Below are positions 12,329-26,490 of a stretch of 64,000 nt of DNA, piece by piece (the stretch's first letter is position 1; each line of letters starts with the position of its first letter). The stretch comes from Eledone cirrhosa (taxonomy: Eukaryota), in contig OZ024761.1 in assembly GCA_964016885.1 (NCBI GenBank), positions 6,696,001 to 6,760,000 of the forward strand. The letters run 5' to 3'. A program made the position numbers and the translations under genes. The notes below the pieces were generated by a model. That model was not told the origin of the DNA. It searched no databases and saw only the letters and a list, made by a program, of their open reading frames with translations.

Positions 12329-15300
12329 CTGTTCTACCTGTTTTATTTTTACAATCATTTTTCCAAACAGAAGATTAGTAGTAGTAGTAGTGGTAGTGGT
12401 GGTACTAGTAGTGGTAGTAGTGGTAGTGGTTGGCACTGTTTAGTGTCTTCTGTAATAGTCGCTATAATAGTCCTCTGGTGTGGCTGAAATATAAGGATAA
12501 ACGGAAAAACAAAGACAAGAATATATAGTATATATATATATATATGTGTATATATATGTGGGTTTTAACTGTTTATATTGGGTATATATTGGTGCATGTG
12601 GTGTGTAGAATGTGTATATGAAGGGGGGATAAGGGATGAGCAAAATAAAAATAAAAGGAGAGATGAGATGAGAGAAAGAGAAAAGATGATATGAGAGTGA
12701 GAGAAAGAGAGAGAAGAGAGAGAGAGAAGAGAGAGAGATGAGAGAGATATACATCACCAAAGAGCAGGACTGGGCAGGAACAATGAAAAATATATATTTA
12801 GGAAAAAAGGTAAGGAAAATTTTAAGATTTCCACAAAAACAAAATAGGAAAAAATTCACAATTTTCAAAATACAAATAAAAAAAAATAAAAAATATATAT
12901 ATATATATCATACATATATATATGTATACATGTATACAGACATATTCATGTATGTGTGTGTGTCTATATATATATATATACACACACACATATATATATA
13001 TGTATGGTTTTTTTTTTTAAATGAAAACCCCCACCTTGCATACCTTAAAAAACTAAACAAGATAAATAAAATGAAAAATAAATGAACAAAATAAGAACAG
13101 AAATAAATAAATAAAAAAAAAACGTTTTTTGGTGTTAAATTTTTGTGTTTTATTAAAATTTTTAATTTTTTTTCCTTAGTTTTTTTTTTTTTCCCTTCCT
13201 GAAACAAAAAAAAAACTTTTTGTTGTTTTTATATCATTATTATTATTATTGTTGTTGTTATTATCATTATTATTATCATTTTATAAATCTCTTTTCCAGT
13301 TAGCTTGTTTTTATGTTGTTTTAGTTATTGATAGTAGGATGTGGCTGTCTTGGTGATGCTGCCCCTTTACCACCTACCCTGCCCCACCCCTGTGGGTCAG
13401 TGCCTGTAGTGGTGATTGTGGTTGCTGTTTGGTTATAAGGGCAGGAGGGCTGGGGGTTTCTCCTTTTAATTTCGCTCACCGCCACACTCCTCCCCTGTAC
13501 AGCCGTCAACCCCACCCAGTCTGGTTGGACCTAAATCCTGGTGAAGCTTAACTGGGTTATGTTGGTTGTTGTTGTTGTTGTTGATAATAATCACTGATGC
13601 TGTTATTTGTCTAAAGTTAGTTACTTTTTTTTTTTAAACTTGGATAACACTCCCCACCCCCATCTAACCCCCTCACACACACAAACCTCTCCCCTTCCTG
13701 ACTACACACACCACTTCTACATTATCTGGGTTTTTTTCCCTTTAAATAACAATAATAATGGTAATAATAACAATAATAATAATAATAATCATCATTTCTA
13801 ACGTAGAGTTGGCACAGGGGGCCAGCAAATAAATATATTTATATTTTGGTGGTGAGGAAAGACAGAGAGGGAGAGAGAGAGAGACAGAGAGAGAGAGAGA
13901 GACAGGAGGAATAATAATAATTCAATTAGAGTTCCTCCCCCTCTCTGGCACTGCCCCACCGTCACCTTGGTGACAATAGGGGGTTCCATGAGCAGGGGAG
14001 GAGGTTTACATCTAATTAATTACTCCTCCTTCCTCCTAATCCTCCAGCGATACTTTCCCCCTCACTCCTCTCCCACACTATTTTGGCCCTGTGGTTATGT
14101 TAGAAATCATCACAATCACCATCACCATTATTATTATTATTATTAAAACGTCTTCTCGCAGATGGATTCTTCACTCACCCCACCCCCTTCTCGTTCATTT
14201 TTAGTTTTCCATATTTCCCAAAATTTCTCGTTAATTTTGTGTAAACTCTTTTTTCGCCATTTTCTCATTTCGAGTGTGTGTATATATAAATATAAGTATG
14301 TGTGTGTGTGTGTTAATTATTAATTTTAATTATTATTTAATAAAACTCATACTAATCCAAGTCGGTTTTTTAGGTTTTTTAAATCTTTTTAATCATCTTA
14401 TTCAAAAATTAGCAAACAGCAAGTCTCTTTCCTCTTTTTTTGTGAAGTTTTTAATAGATTTTTTGTCATATTTTTTGTTTTTTAGTTAGAAAATATTTTA
14501 AATAATTTTGGACACAAAAAAAAAAATATTTAAATTAAATTAAAATTAAAATTTTTATAATAATTAAAAAAAAAGATAAACCAAATGATTTAACTTTAAT
14601 TTTAATTTAAGTTAAAATAAATTAAATTAAATTAAATTTAAAAAAAAAACTTGGTCTACATTAAAAAATTCCGTTGGGCAAGGAGTGGGACAGGGTGATA
14701 ACAACTATAATTAAATAAATAAGATATAATAGAGACACAAAGAGACAAGAGAATGGGGACTGTATAGTTAAGGACCTTGTGAAAAAGGATGGGATGACCG
14801 ATGGAGGGATTTTAGGGAGCCTTAACTAATGTACTGATGGATAAGAAAAGGGGAAGGGTTGTAAGGAAAAACAGCACCACCAAGCTGCCAAGTAACTCCA
14901 AATATAAGGGCTTCTAAAAGAATCCCTACATTCTCTTCATTCATCCAAGACAGGCACATACATATATATGTATACATATATGTGTGTGTGTATAAAGGAA
15001 CCCCTTTTAATAGCTACCCCCTAAAAGATGGCTTAGAGGGGGAGAGAGAAAAACGGGGTTCAATCAAGGAAGTTAATGAAAAGGTTTTGGTCATCATGAT
15101 GAAGATGATGGTGGTGGTGATGCTGGCAATACAGTGGAGGGGTGGTAGGGAGGGAGTGAAGGAGGAAAGATGCTCCCCTCCCTCCCACAACAGACCCAGG
15201 GGGAGGCATGTAAAAGTATGCCTAAGCCCCCAGACTCCTCCAAGAGAGCTTCTGTTAAAAAAAAAAAGAGACCCAATTGCATCCACGCCCCTAACCATGC

Positions 15301-17201
15301 CTGACTGACCTGCTCCCTATACCCCTCCCCCCATCTCTCCAATCACTACCACCACCACCACAGCATCAAACCCTGTCCCAAACCTCCACCCAAGAGAAAC
15401 ACACATTTTTCTCACACACGAGTACACACACACGTGTACACACACATATGTACACACACATATATGTGTACACACATATATGTGTACACACATATATGTG
15501 TACACACATGTGTACACACATATGTGTACACACACACACACACACACACATATATACATATATAAACACAGACATATGCGGGTGTGTGTGTCTGTGTGTG
15601 TGTGTCACTACAAAGTTGGATGTAGTGGTGGTGGTGGTGATGGGTGCTGTGGGTTTTCAAGACCAAATATGTGGTGGTGGTGGCGGTGATGGTGGCAGCG
15701 GATGCAGAGACAAAGAAAATAAAACAAAATCAACAAGGGGAGATAACTCAGCAGTTACAAGAAGATCTATATATATATAATATATAATATATACATAGAT
15801 GGTTGTACTCGGAAGGACGGAGGAAGTGATGGACAGAGGTGGCGGTGGGGCCTACAGCAGTTGAGAGAGAAAGAGATACAAGCAGGAAGAGAGAGGGGGA
15901 GAACTGTGTCCCCAACCCCTACTTCCACCTACCTCTCAATCAAATCCACTTTGCTCTGACCTCACCTCACCTCAATTCTCCTCCCACCTAAAACGGGCAG
16001 ATGAAGAGGGGGGGGGGACAGCAGATGCAAAGAATAGTAGGAGTAGCTGGTTGGTGGCCAGCCCCAGGTGGAGTGGAGTGGAGTGGAGGGGCTCTTTTTT
16101 CTTTTTTCTAAAACTTATTTAAAAAAAAAAAAAAAATAAAATAAAATCTTAAAACGAAAAAAATAACAACCTTCCCCCCCACTTACTAAATTGAGATTTA
16201 TTTTTTTAAAAACAGAAGTAGGTGGTGGTGGTGGTGGTGGTGGTGGTAGGAAGAAGAAGTGGTAGTGGTGGTAGTAGTAATAGTAGTGGTAGTAGTAGTG
16301 CGAAGGTAGTGGCTGATATATATATATATAGAGAGAGAGAATGGTTGGAAATTCCTTTACACATCACGCAAAACTGGGCATAAACTCTTGGGTGTGTTGT
16401 CTCAAGGTTGAAGTTGTGACTTTCAGCAATCAAAAGAAACCTGGATAGTCTGCAAAGATGCAAATATGGAGAGAAAAGATAGAGATAGATATTACATAGA
16501 GATATATATATATATATATATAAAGAGAGAAAGTGAGATATCAACTGATATCAAAAACAGTGTACTATATACACACAAATGTATGTATATATATATATAC
16601 ACATGTATGTATATATATATATACACACATGTATGTATATATATATATACACATGTATATATATATATATATATATACACACATGTATGTATATATATAT
16701 ATATATATATACACATGTATATATATATATATATATACACACATGTATGTATATATATATATATACACATGTATATATATATATATACACACACGTGTAT
16801 GTATGTATATATATATATATATATAAAGAAATAGATTAATACTTAAAATTTAATTTAAAAATAAAGGTAAGACAAATCAACCCAATATATATCTAGAAAA
16901 ATAGATAATCAACTACTTAATTGCAAATAAAAGATATAAGGAAAATATACTCTTTACACATACATGTGTGTTTGTATGTATATATATATATATACACACA
17001 CATATATATACACACACACACACACACAAACAGACTACACTACTAAGACGAGAAAAAGTTCAAGAATTTCTAGAAGCTTCTAGAAAAAAATGAGATGATA
17101 GAATCTGCAGAGAGGTTAGGTTGGTCTTTATTTTGGCTTCAATGAAGAGACCAGGCACAGACAAAGAAAGATAGACAAGTAATAATTAGATACACACACA
17201 A

Positions 17202-17239
<38 letters not shown>

Positions 17240-17391
17240 TTTGTTTTCGAATGAATAAGCACAAAAAACACTTCAGCTACAATTTAAGAAGATGATGAAA
17301 GGAAAAGAAGAGAAGAAAAGAGAGAAGGGGGTGGTGGTGAGGAATTCTCTTTGATATCAAAGATCTTCACCTTGTCCCCCTACACACAATA
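11350..17391 (-). other. Putative long 3'UTR of the short SERCA isoform
   Basis: I recognised no SINE or LINE copies over about 6 kb, unlike the flanks. AATAAA occurs on the minus strand at 13154-13149 and 12347-12342. Confidence 0.3.
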
Positions 17392-17408
17392 TCACAGACA
17401 ATCGTCTG
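17392..17408 (-). CDS. SERCA: Candidate distal terminal exon of a short SERCA isoform (...KFSD-ADDCL* or ...KFSD-DDCL*)
   Basis: Minus strand reads aaaactaatcagtagcatttcttattcTAG-CAG-ACGATTGTCTGTGA: branch-like CTAAT, pyrimidine tract and NAGNAG acceptor. A phase-1 join gives a short acidic tail and a stop, followed by about 6 kb without SINEs. No transcript evidence. Confidence 0.4.
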
Positions 17409-17529
17409 CTAGAATAAGAAATGCTACTGATTAGTTTTCCATTAAGTTTGAAATAATCAAGAATTTAGAAGAATTTTAGTAAAATAACTAACTTCCTGTC
17501 TTTTAAGCATAGCAGTTCTTATTTCAGAG

Positions 17530-17690
17530 ACTCATGGAGACCTCAGATGCCTTCCAGTGGGTCCTATAAGAAGCAACCCTCACTACTAGATGCACTTGGA
17601 TCCCCAAGCAAGACCAACTGAGCTGATGGATGTTAACCAACCATGTTGCACATGGTTAACCCCTAGGACTCCTGCCAGTTGGTATTACCT
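17530..17690 (-). mobile_element. Degenerate RTE LINE 3' fragment
   Basis: ccagtgggtcctataagaagcaacc is the reverse complement of the family tail. Confidence 0.6.
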
Positions 17691-17750
17691 ATAAACTGCT
17701 TCAAGGACAATTTCCATAACGAAAGTTATTACATAAAATTATGATGGAAG

Positions 17751-17980
17751 GCCAGAATTCTCTCACCTCTTTCACTTCAAACTGGCTGTAACCAGCCATT
17801 CATACTTATGTTAAGGTATTGTTGTCAAAATAAATATCAAAATCTCATAGATTCGATATTATGTTAGATATTATCTGAGGTAAAGCCTTTACTATGAAAA
17901 TACAATAGTAAATAGTAATGTAAATGCTATGTGGGATAAAGCCTTTACCATGAAAACACAATAGTATATATAAATGCTTT
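17751..17980 (-). mobile_element. MITE family A, inverted copy with two internal units
   Basis: Reverse complement of the family A body (gaggtaaagcctttac occurs twice; aatctcatagattcgatattatg). Confidence 0.7.
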
Positions 17981-18530
17981 ACAATAAACAGTTTTGTATT
18001 GTAGAAGTAGGTGGTATGAAAAAGGGTTAAACAATTGTTGGTCCCATGGCTTTCTGAGGAAGTCAATAAGTTGATTGACAAGAACTTCTCAAGTTGAAAA
18101 ACAGATACGAACTGACACAGCAAATGAAAGTAATGTGGTTTAAATTCACTACAGGCACTGCCAATGTCTTCGGACACAACATTTTATCTATAAGTACCTG
18201 GACAGGTACATATACTAGTTCTCAAACTGAACTCCCTTCTGGTTCCAGGACATTTTTCAGCCACGCCCAAGTAACTGCTTCTGATGGCAGGCTAAAGTTA
18301 GTGAGAGAGAAGATGGATAGTGCCAAGGTTTTTTCAGGACCACTGAAGCGCCATTATGGATGACACAAATATTTAGAGTGGCACCCCAACAACTGGCTGC
18401 TGCACCAGTTACTCCTGCTGGCAGAGTGGCATTATATCGATGGGGGGGGGGGGGTAGAGAGGGAGAGAGAGAAAGAGAGAACAATATATGAAATACACAA
18501 ATTCTAGAGAGAGACAGATGGACAGACAGG

Positions 18531-18565
<35 letters not shown>

Positions 18566-19439
18566 ACAGATTGAGAGAGAGACAGATGGAAGAGACAGAC
18601 AGACAGAAGCAGATGGACAAAGGCAGATGGCAGACAGACAGACAGAGAGAGATGGACTGACAGGCAGAGAGAGAGAGAGAGAGAGATGGACTGACAGGCA
18701 GAGAGAGAGAGAGATGGACTGACAGGCAGAGAGAGAGAGAGAGCTAAAAAAAGAGAATTGTAAAATTTATTAAATAATATTTGAAAGACCAAAACCAAGA
18801 AAACAACCAACAAAGGAGGAGGAGGAAAGAAGGTGGAAGGAAAACTAGTGGTGGTGGTAATAGTAGTAGTGGGAGTTACACTAGTGGTGATGGTAGTAGT
18901 AATAGTAGTAGTAGTAGTAGTATGAACAGCGGTGGTAGTAGGAAGAGGAAAGTCACAACCTTGAAATAAAAAAAACCCTGGAGAGGTGGTAGTAGTAGTG
19001 GTGGTGGTGAGAGGTGGTAGTTGGAGAGGTAGTAGTGGTGGTGGTGAGAGGTGGTAGTTGGAGAGGTAGTAGTAGTGGTGGTGAGGAGGGGTGGTGGTAG
19101 TAGTGGTGGTGTGAGATGGTAGTAGTGGTGGCAGGAAGAGGAAGTGGATCAAGTCAGTATAGGGTAGGAAAAGTTAACTAACAGGTAAAAAAATACAGGT
19201 AAGAAATAATAGAAAGAAAGGATTAGGGATTAAAAATCAAGGAATTAAAGAAAACCAATTGAAAAAAAGGACAAATAACCCCCACCTCCCGCGTCTTATT
19301 TCACCCCTACCTACCTCCAAGTCTATGTAGAAATAGAAATGTCATTGAAATAACCGACTTCTGCAGTCCTGGGTGAGGGGTGGAACAGAGGAAATAGTGG
19401 TGCTACAATACTTACCCAGGTGTTCAACTGTGGATACAC

Positions 19440-19965
19440 ATATATATCTACTACACAGCTACCATATATCTACACTTATCTACTACACAGCTACTATATA
19501 TCTACACATCTACTACACAGCTACCATATATCTACACATCTACTACACAGCTACCATATATCTACACACATCAACGAAACACAGCTACCATATATCTACA
19601 CATCTATAACACATCTACTACACAGCTACCATATATCTACACTCGTCTATAACACATCTACCATATATCTACACTCGTCTATAACACATCTACCATATAT
19701 CTACACTCGTCTATAACACATCTACCATATATCTACACTCGTCTATAACACATCTACCATATATCTACACTCGTCTATAACACATCTACCATATATCTAC
19801 ACTCGTCTATAACACATCTACTACACAGCTACCATATATCTACACTCATCTATAACACACATCTACCATATATCTACACTCATCTATAACACACATCTAC
19901 TACACAGCTACCATATATCTACACTCATCTATAACACACATCTACTACACAGCTACCATATATAC
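19440..19965. repeat. About 30-45-bp minisatellite
   Basis: catctactacacagctaccatatatctaca and variants. Confidence 0.9.
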
Positions 19966-20755
19966 ACTTGTGTATTTAAACATGTCTACTACTAAGGTAC
20001 CATATATATATATATATATATATATACACTTGTGTATAAGACAGATCTATTACTAAGGTACCATATATATATACACACACACACACACACTTGTGTATAA
20101 GATGCATATATATCTACTACAGAGGTACCATATACATACGCTCATGTATAAGGCGCATGTCTATAACTAAGGTATAATATATGTATTCTTGTTTATAAGA
20201 CACAAATGTCTACTACACAGATATCCTATATATACTCGTGTATTAGTTCCACTGGGAGATCATAGCAAAACTTTTTGAATTCTGCAGGACCAGTCTCACA
20301 GGATTTTCCATCTTGTATGTTAATAGAAAAACATGCAACTCATACACGAGTATATACGTGTATATATATATATATATGTGTGTGTATGTATATATGTGTG
20401 TATGTATTTGTGCGTGTACTGTGTATACCCATATATAAGTCACATTTTACATACATCTATATTGTAACATTTTCAATTGAGACTGTAGGTCATATTTTTG
20501 CAGAAATAATTGTGACTTATACAAAAGTATGTATGTGTATGTATATATACACACACACACACAGTATGTATATACACACACACACATGCATATATTTACA
20601 AAATACCATACAATTTTACTTGATGTTTACTAGGTTCAGTAGATATGTTGGTTTTTCATATATTTTGTGGAGCAATGTGTAACTTATACACAAGTGTATA
20701 TGGTATTATATACAGGTGCATATAATACAGTCTACATGTAGAGGACTCCTAAAAT

Positions 20756-20943
20756 AATTGTTTCTACTATTGGCACAAGGCCAGCAATTACCCAGTACAT
20801 TACTGGTACTTTATTTTATCGACCCCGTAAGGATGAAAGGCAAAGTTAACCTCGGCGGGATTTGAACTCAGAATGGCAAGGGCCGTAACTATGCGTCAAA
20901 GCATGGCGTCCGACCCTCTACCGATACTGCCAATTCAACGCCT
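20756..20943 (-). mobile_element. Main-family tRNA-derived SINE
   Basis: Near-identical to 52521-52707. Confidence 0.9.
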
Positions 20944-21039
20944 CCTAAAATAATAGCAGTACAACAAAGATTTATATTAAATAGTTTGTTTACAGGAAAG
21001 TTTTGCAAAGGGACTGTGTTTTTCACATAAATATCTAAC

Positions 21040-21390
21040 TCTACCTACCAACACATCTGTACCTCTATCTATACCTACCAACACATCTGTATCTATCTAT
21101 ACCTACCAACACATCTGTACCTCTATCTATACCTACCAACACATCTGTATCTCTATCTATACCTACCAACACATCTGTATCTATCTATACCTACCAACAC
21201 ATCTGTATCTATCTATACCTACCAACACATCTGTATCTATCTATACCTACCAACACATCTGTACCTCTATCTATACCTACCAACACATCTGTATCTCTAT
21301 CTATACCTACCAACACATCTGTATCTATCTATACCTACCAACACATCTGTATCTATCTATACCTACCAACACATCTGTATCTATCTATAA
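21040..21390. repeat. About 30-32-bp minisatellite
   Basis: Unit tatctatacctaccaacacatctgtatc. Confidence 0.95.
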
Positions 21391-21484
21391 CACATTTTAA
21401 TGTTATCAAAGGAGCAAACACTCGATATTCATTAATCCTTCAGTTTTGGCAAACATGTACTGACTATAATGTGTTGTATATACT

Positions 21485-21775
21485 TGTGTATAAGCCACAT
21501 TTCTATTTTTACATCCATTCGCACTGTACCATATATTTGTCTATAAGTCACACTTCTATTTTTATTTACATACATTCACACTGTACCATATATTTGTGTA
21601 TAAGTCACACTTCTATTTTTACATACATTCACACTGTACCATATATTTGTGTATAAGCCAAATTTCTATTTTTACATACATTCACACTGAACCATATATT
21701 TGTGTATAAGTCACACTTCTATTTTTACATACATTCACACTACCATATATTTGTGTATAAGCCAACTTCTATTTT
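21485..21775. repeat. About 55-60-bp minisatellite, about 5-6 copies
   Basis: ttgtgtataagtcacacttctatttttacatacattcacactgtaccatata. Confidence 0.9.
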
Positions 21776-22694
21776 ATATTCTTCCATGACATTCTGATAA
21801 TCTGTCACCTGTATATTATTTTAATCTCTTATTGTAAAAATGAACATATTTGGAGGCTAGTTGCTATATTTGTAGTGTATATCAGTTATTCTTACAACTA
21901 ATATATACACGACATAATGTGCATAGTTTAAGTATGGGGCTTTCCTATTGCTTATTAAGGTGGCCGGTGGTATCCTATTGAGAAGTATTTCGTCATTTAT
22001 TTGCTAGGCCTCTGGCTTCCATTAGTTTCATCAGGTTTATTGGTTTTATACATTATATATATATATATATATATACATACATCTATTTAATATAGAAAAC
22101 GCTGCTACAGGACTAAAACTGTTTCATTCATATGAAATCAGGAACACATTCCTAATGATTTCATAATCCTACTAATATATTGAGTACCTTTTTTTTAACT
22201 GTGGTTACTCCTATTTTACTGGCACCTGCACACACACACACACATTATATATATATCGTAAGGTTGTGAGTTATATATATATCGTAAGGTTGTGAGTTCG
22301 ATTCCTGGACCAGGCGATGCGTTATGTCCTTGAGCAAGACACTTTATTTCACGTTGCTCCTACTTGGAGTTGCGACCGATAGATAGTATTAGCAACTGGA
22401 AAGACCAACGGAAACATTGTTCCCTCGGTCCGATTTGACGAAAGTCGAACGTTCCTTTTTTTTTATATATATATATACATATATACTTTAATTTTTCAAC
22501 TTATTTTCATTATAACATTCTTCCATGACATTCTGATAATCTGTCGCCTGTATATTATTTTAATCTCTTATTGTAAAAATGAACAATGAACCCAATATTT
22601 GGAGGTTAGTTGCATAGGTCTTAAGGGAAAGCAATGCCCTTCACTTCTACAGGCCTTCAACAACCAGAGATATCAATGATGGAGATTGCGTGAA

Positions 22695-22910
22695 TTATAT
22701 CTAGATTTCACGGGCGAAACCAACATGTAGGGGACCCAGGGGTAGACCCTGAGCAAGATGGTTGGATAACATCTATGAGCTTGGTTATTCACGCTTGGGG
22801 ATCCAGCTGGATCAGTTGGAGAAGGTTGCTTCTGACAGGACCCATTGGAGGGAGTGTTTAAGGACTCTGCCCCCATGACCCTCTCAGGAAAAAGTGGGCA
22901 AAGAAGATGA
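22695..22910 (+). mobile_element. RTE LINE 3' fragment
   Basis: Colinear with 63470-63678. Confidence 0.85.
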
Positions 22911-22999
22911 TATCTAGAGTATATTTACTTCATATCAGACTAATTTTATTGCAATATTTAATTAATCTTATATTTAGATTATCAATATTTAATGTTATA

Positions 23000-23349
23000 C
23001 AGTCTAATCCCGACATTCGTGGTCCCGGTTATTCCCAGAATTTTCCTTAGATCCCAACTAATAATTGTTCATGGAAACCACCGCATATTTGCGGGATCGT
23101 AAATATCTTCTGCAATTTTTTATGGCTTTTTTCATGGCAATATATATCTTTTAACGCTAAATTATTAACAACAATATACCGTGTTTGCCGGCCTATTGGA
23201 CGACCCTTTGCATAAGACACTCTTTTTTTATTACATTTTACATTTTATTTTGACATTTATAGGCATTTTTATGGTCCACGTCCAATACTCGTAGTGTTCT
23301 AAGAATATAACCCCCATGAATACCGGGGGGGGGGGGGGGGGGGCAACTG
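23000..23349. mobile_element. Possible Tc1/mariner-pogo (Tigger-like) MITE remnant
   Basis: TA-CAGT....CCC ... GGG.CAACTG-TA termini; internal taccgtgtttgccggcctat resembles a second pogo-type TIR. Confidence 0.4.
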
Positions 23350-23767
23350 TATATACAAATTAATTGTAGTCTATTTGGAGTGTACGTGACTTATTGTGTT
23401 CACAAACCTTATCAATCAACAAATTTATGAATTGCTATAATTAATTTTTATCGAACATCTCATCTCCCCAAATTAATGCAACAAACATGTTTTCAATAAT
23501 GCCTCTGTATACTTAACATTTCCCATTTAAACACATATAAAGTAATAACAACAGTAGTAGTATTAGTAGTAGTAGTGTTGATAGTTGTGCCATGCCTTTG
23601 CAAGTGACAGCTAGTGAGGAAAACAAAAAATTTAAAAAACACAAGTAAAAAACAAGAGATAAAAAATAAGAAAAGATTAGGGGGGGGGGTTACTAACTTT
23701 TTTTCTTGCTTAATGAGGAGTGAGGGGGATCTGGGGATCTAAGTACTTGCAACAGAGTGGAACTCTG

Positions 23768-23970
23768 CTAACCCTTTATCATTTACATTACTATATACTA
23801 TTGTATTTTCATGGTAAAGGCTTTACCTCACATAATATCAAATCTATGAGATTTTGATATCTATTTTGAGAACAATACCTTAACATGAGTGGTCAGTTTC
23901 AGCCGGTTTGAACAAAAAGAGGCAAGAGAATTCTGACCAGATACAACCGGTTTAAATGCTAAAAGGTTGA
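23768..23970 (+). mobile_element. MITE family A, unexpanded copy
   Basis: Colinear with 10312-10510. Confidence 0.75.
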
Positions 23971-24147
23971 AGACATGGCCAGTTATGTGCCAGTGTTAAA
24001 CTAGGTAACAGGGTGGAGAGGGGGCCATACTGGAACAGCCACCCAACCTCGCAGGGCTCACACATGTTATTTTGTTATGGAAGGAAGTGAGCTGAGAAGG
24101 AAATGTGCCAGAATAATTATGGTAAGGTACCTCCATCTGATCTCTAT

Positions 24148-24733
24148 AGACATGTGGTTAGAATGTCCCAGGAAAGAATCACTAGACAGATTTTACGGGT
24201 AAACCAACTGGAAAGAGACCCAGGGGAAGACCATAAGCAAAATGGTTGGATAACAACCATGAGCTTGACTGGTCTGGCTTGAGGATCCTGCTGAATCAGT
24301 TGGAGACGGTTACTTCTGACAGGACCCACTGGAAGCAGTGTTTGAGGACCCTGCTCTCACAACCCTCTCAGGAAGATGTGGATGAAGAAGAGGAAGAACC
24401 CATGCTGTGAAGACTTGTCTTCTCAAGGAAACCTGCACAGTGTGTGGTACGTGTGCATGGAGTTCCACTGATCACACCGCCCTTCTCCTATGCCATTACA
24501 CCCTTGCGAAAACTGAGACACTCGTTCTCTCGAGGAAGCCTCCGCAATCCACTCTACATGTAAATGGAGTTCCACTGAAGCAAGTGGAGAAGTTCAGGTA
24601 TCTCAGGGTTGTGTTCACGAGTGATGGAAGGCAGGGGACTGAATTAAGTACAAGAATTGCAAGAGCTGGTGCAGTAATGCACCAATTTCAGTATTTGGTC
24701 ATCAGAAGAGAGGAGATAGGTGTAAAAGCCAGG
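24148..24733 (+). mobile_element. Two RTE LINE fragments (3' tail piece, then RT C-terminal piece)
   Basis: KTETLVLSRKP...LHVNGVPLKQVEKFRYLRVVFTSDGRQ...RIARAGAVM at 24500-24733; tail piece at 24148-24397. Confidence 0.85.
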
Positions 24734-25290
24734 AGTGACTTAAAATATTAATTTCTAGGGTTGAAAGAAGGCCACAAGTTTTTGGCTATATTGTCTCCTA
24801 ACTTTAACCTGGAAAGTTGAAGGGTAAAGTTGCCCCTTTGTGGGTAGAGAGGCATAGTTAAATGGCACACAGCATTTTGTCTGCCACCTGTACCTCTGAA
24901 AGAAATTGGACAAGATGGAATAAGACTGCTTTGAGGGGTTAAAATTACTGGGGGAGGCGGGGGGTGGATGTTCTCAAAATTTAAGGAGTCTGAGAAGTTT
25001 TGGAGGATTAAAGAGTCAATGTCGGATATTTATAGGACCTCTTCTTTTCTCTGTGAGGTCCTCAGAAAGATGTACTGGCTGAACCTTTCCACCTTATAGA
25101 GTCCTACTCATTTTACCAAACAACTGCCACTTTATTCTATATTAACCAGTGTGGGGAGGTGGAAGGAGGACACTCAGGGGTACAAAGTCATGCAAGGGGT
25201 TGTTTTTTTTTTTTGTAAATGTTAAGAACAATATCAATGGGGGAGGGGAGACAGACTGAAATATATACACACATATCTCTCTCTCTCTAT

Positions 25291-25334
<44 letters not shown>

Positions 25335-25447
25335 TATATATATATAGAGAGAGAGAGAGTGAGAATGAATTCAAAAATGTTAAATACAAAATACAATAAA
25401 ATTATGCAAATATAAAGCAACAGCACTTCTAGTAAAAAAAAAACAAG

Positions 25448-26490
25448 AGGTGAGAGAGAGAGAGAGAGAGAGCAGAGAGCAGAGGAGTGAGCAAGAGGAG
25501 AGAGAGAGCAGAGCAGAGAGCAGAGAGAGAGCAGAGAGAGAGCAGAGAGAGAGCAGAGAGAGAGCAGAGAGAGAGCAGAGAGAGAGCAGAGAGAGCAGAG
25601 AGAGAGCAGAGAGAGAGCAGAGAGAGCAGAGAGAGAGGAGAGGAGAGAGTGAGAGAGTGAGAGAGGAGAGGAGAGAGTGAGTGAACGAGCGGAGAGAGTG
25701 AGAGAGAGGAGAGAGGAGGAGAGGAGAGGAGAGGAGAGGAGAGGAGAGGAGAGGAGAGAGAGGAGAGGAGAGGAGAGGAGGAGAGGAGAGGAGAGGAGAG
25801 GAGAGGAGAGGAGAGGAGAGAGAGGAGAGAGAGGAGAGGAGAGGAGAGAGAGGAGAGGAGAGGAGAGAGAGGAGAGAGAGAGAGAGGAGAGAAGAGAGAA
25901 GAGAGAAGAGAGAGGAGAGAAGAGAGAGTGAGAGAGGAGAGAAGAGAGAGGAGAGAAGAGAGAGTGAGAGAGAGAGTGAGAGAGAGAGAGGAGAGAGTGA
26001 GAGAGGAGAGAGGGGAGAGAGGGAGAGAGGAGAGAGTGAGAGAGGAGAGAGGGAGAGACTGAGGGAGAGAGTGAGAGAGAGAGAGTGAGAGAGAGAGAGG
26101 AGAGACTGAGAGAGAGAGAGGAGAGACTGAGAGAGAGTGAGAGAGAGACTGAGAGAGAGTGAGAGAGAGAGTGAGAGAGAGTGAGAGAGAGAGGAGAGAG
26201 TGAGAGAGAGGAGAGAGTGAGAGAGAGATGAGAGAGAGAGAGAGTGAGAGAGAGGAGAGAGTGAGAGAGAGAGAGAGAGATGAGAGAGAGAGAGAGTGAG
26301 AGAGAGGAGAGAGTGAGAGAGAGTGAGAGAGAGGAGAGAGTGAGAGAGAGGAGAGAGTGAGAGAGAGATGAGAGAGAGGAGAGAGAGGAGAGAGTGAGAG
26401 AGAGATGAGAGAGAGGAGAGAGGGAGAGGGAGAGAGGAGAGAGGAGAGAGGGAGAGGGAGAGGAGAGAGGAGAGAGTGAGAGAGAGAGAT
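25448..26490. repeat. About 1-kb polypurine (GA/GAG) tract
   Basis: Almost only A and G on the plus strand. Confidence 0.97.

Noticed and set aside
18094-18430. 89-aa non-repetitive plus-strand ORF
   Set aside because: No recognisable motif or splice structure; probably decayed transposon sequence.
23510-23612. Acceptor followed by a hydrophobic poly-Leu frame (possible extra TM tail)
   Set aside because: The hydrophobicity comes from a (CTA)n microsatellite.
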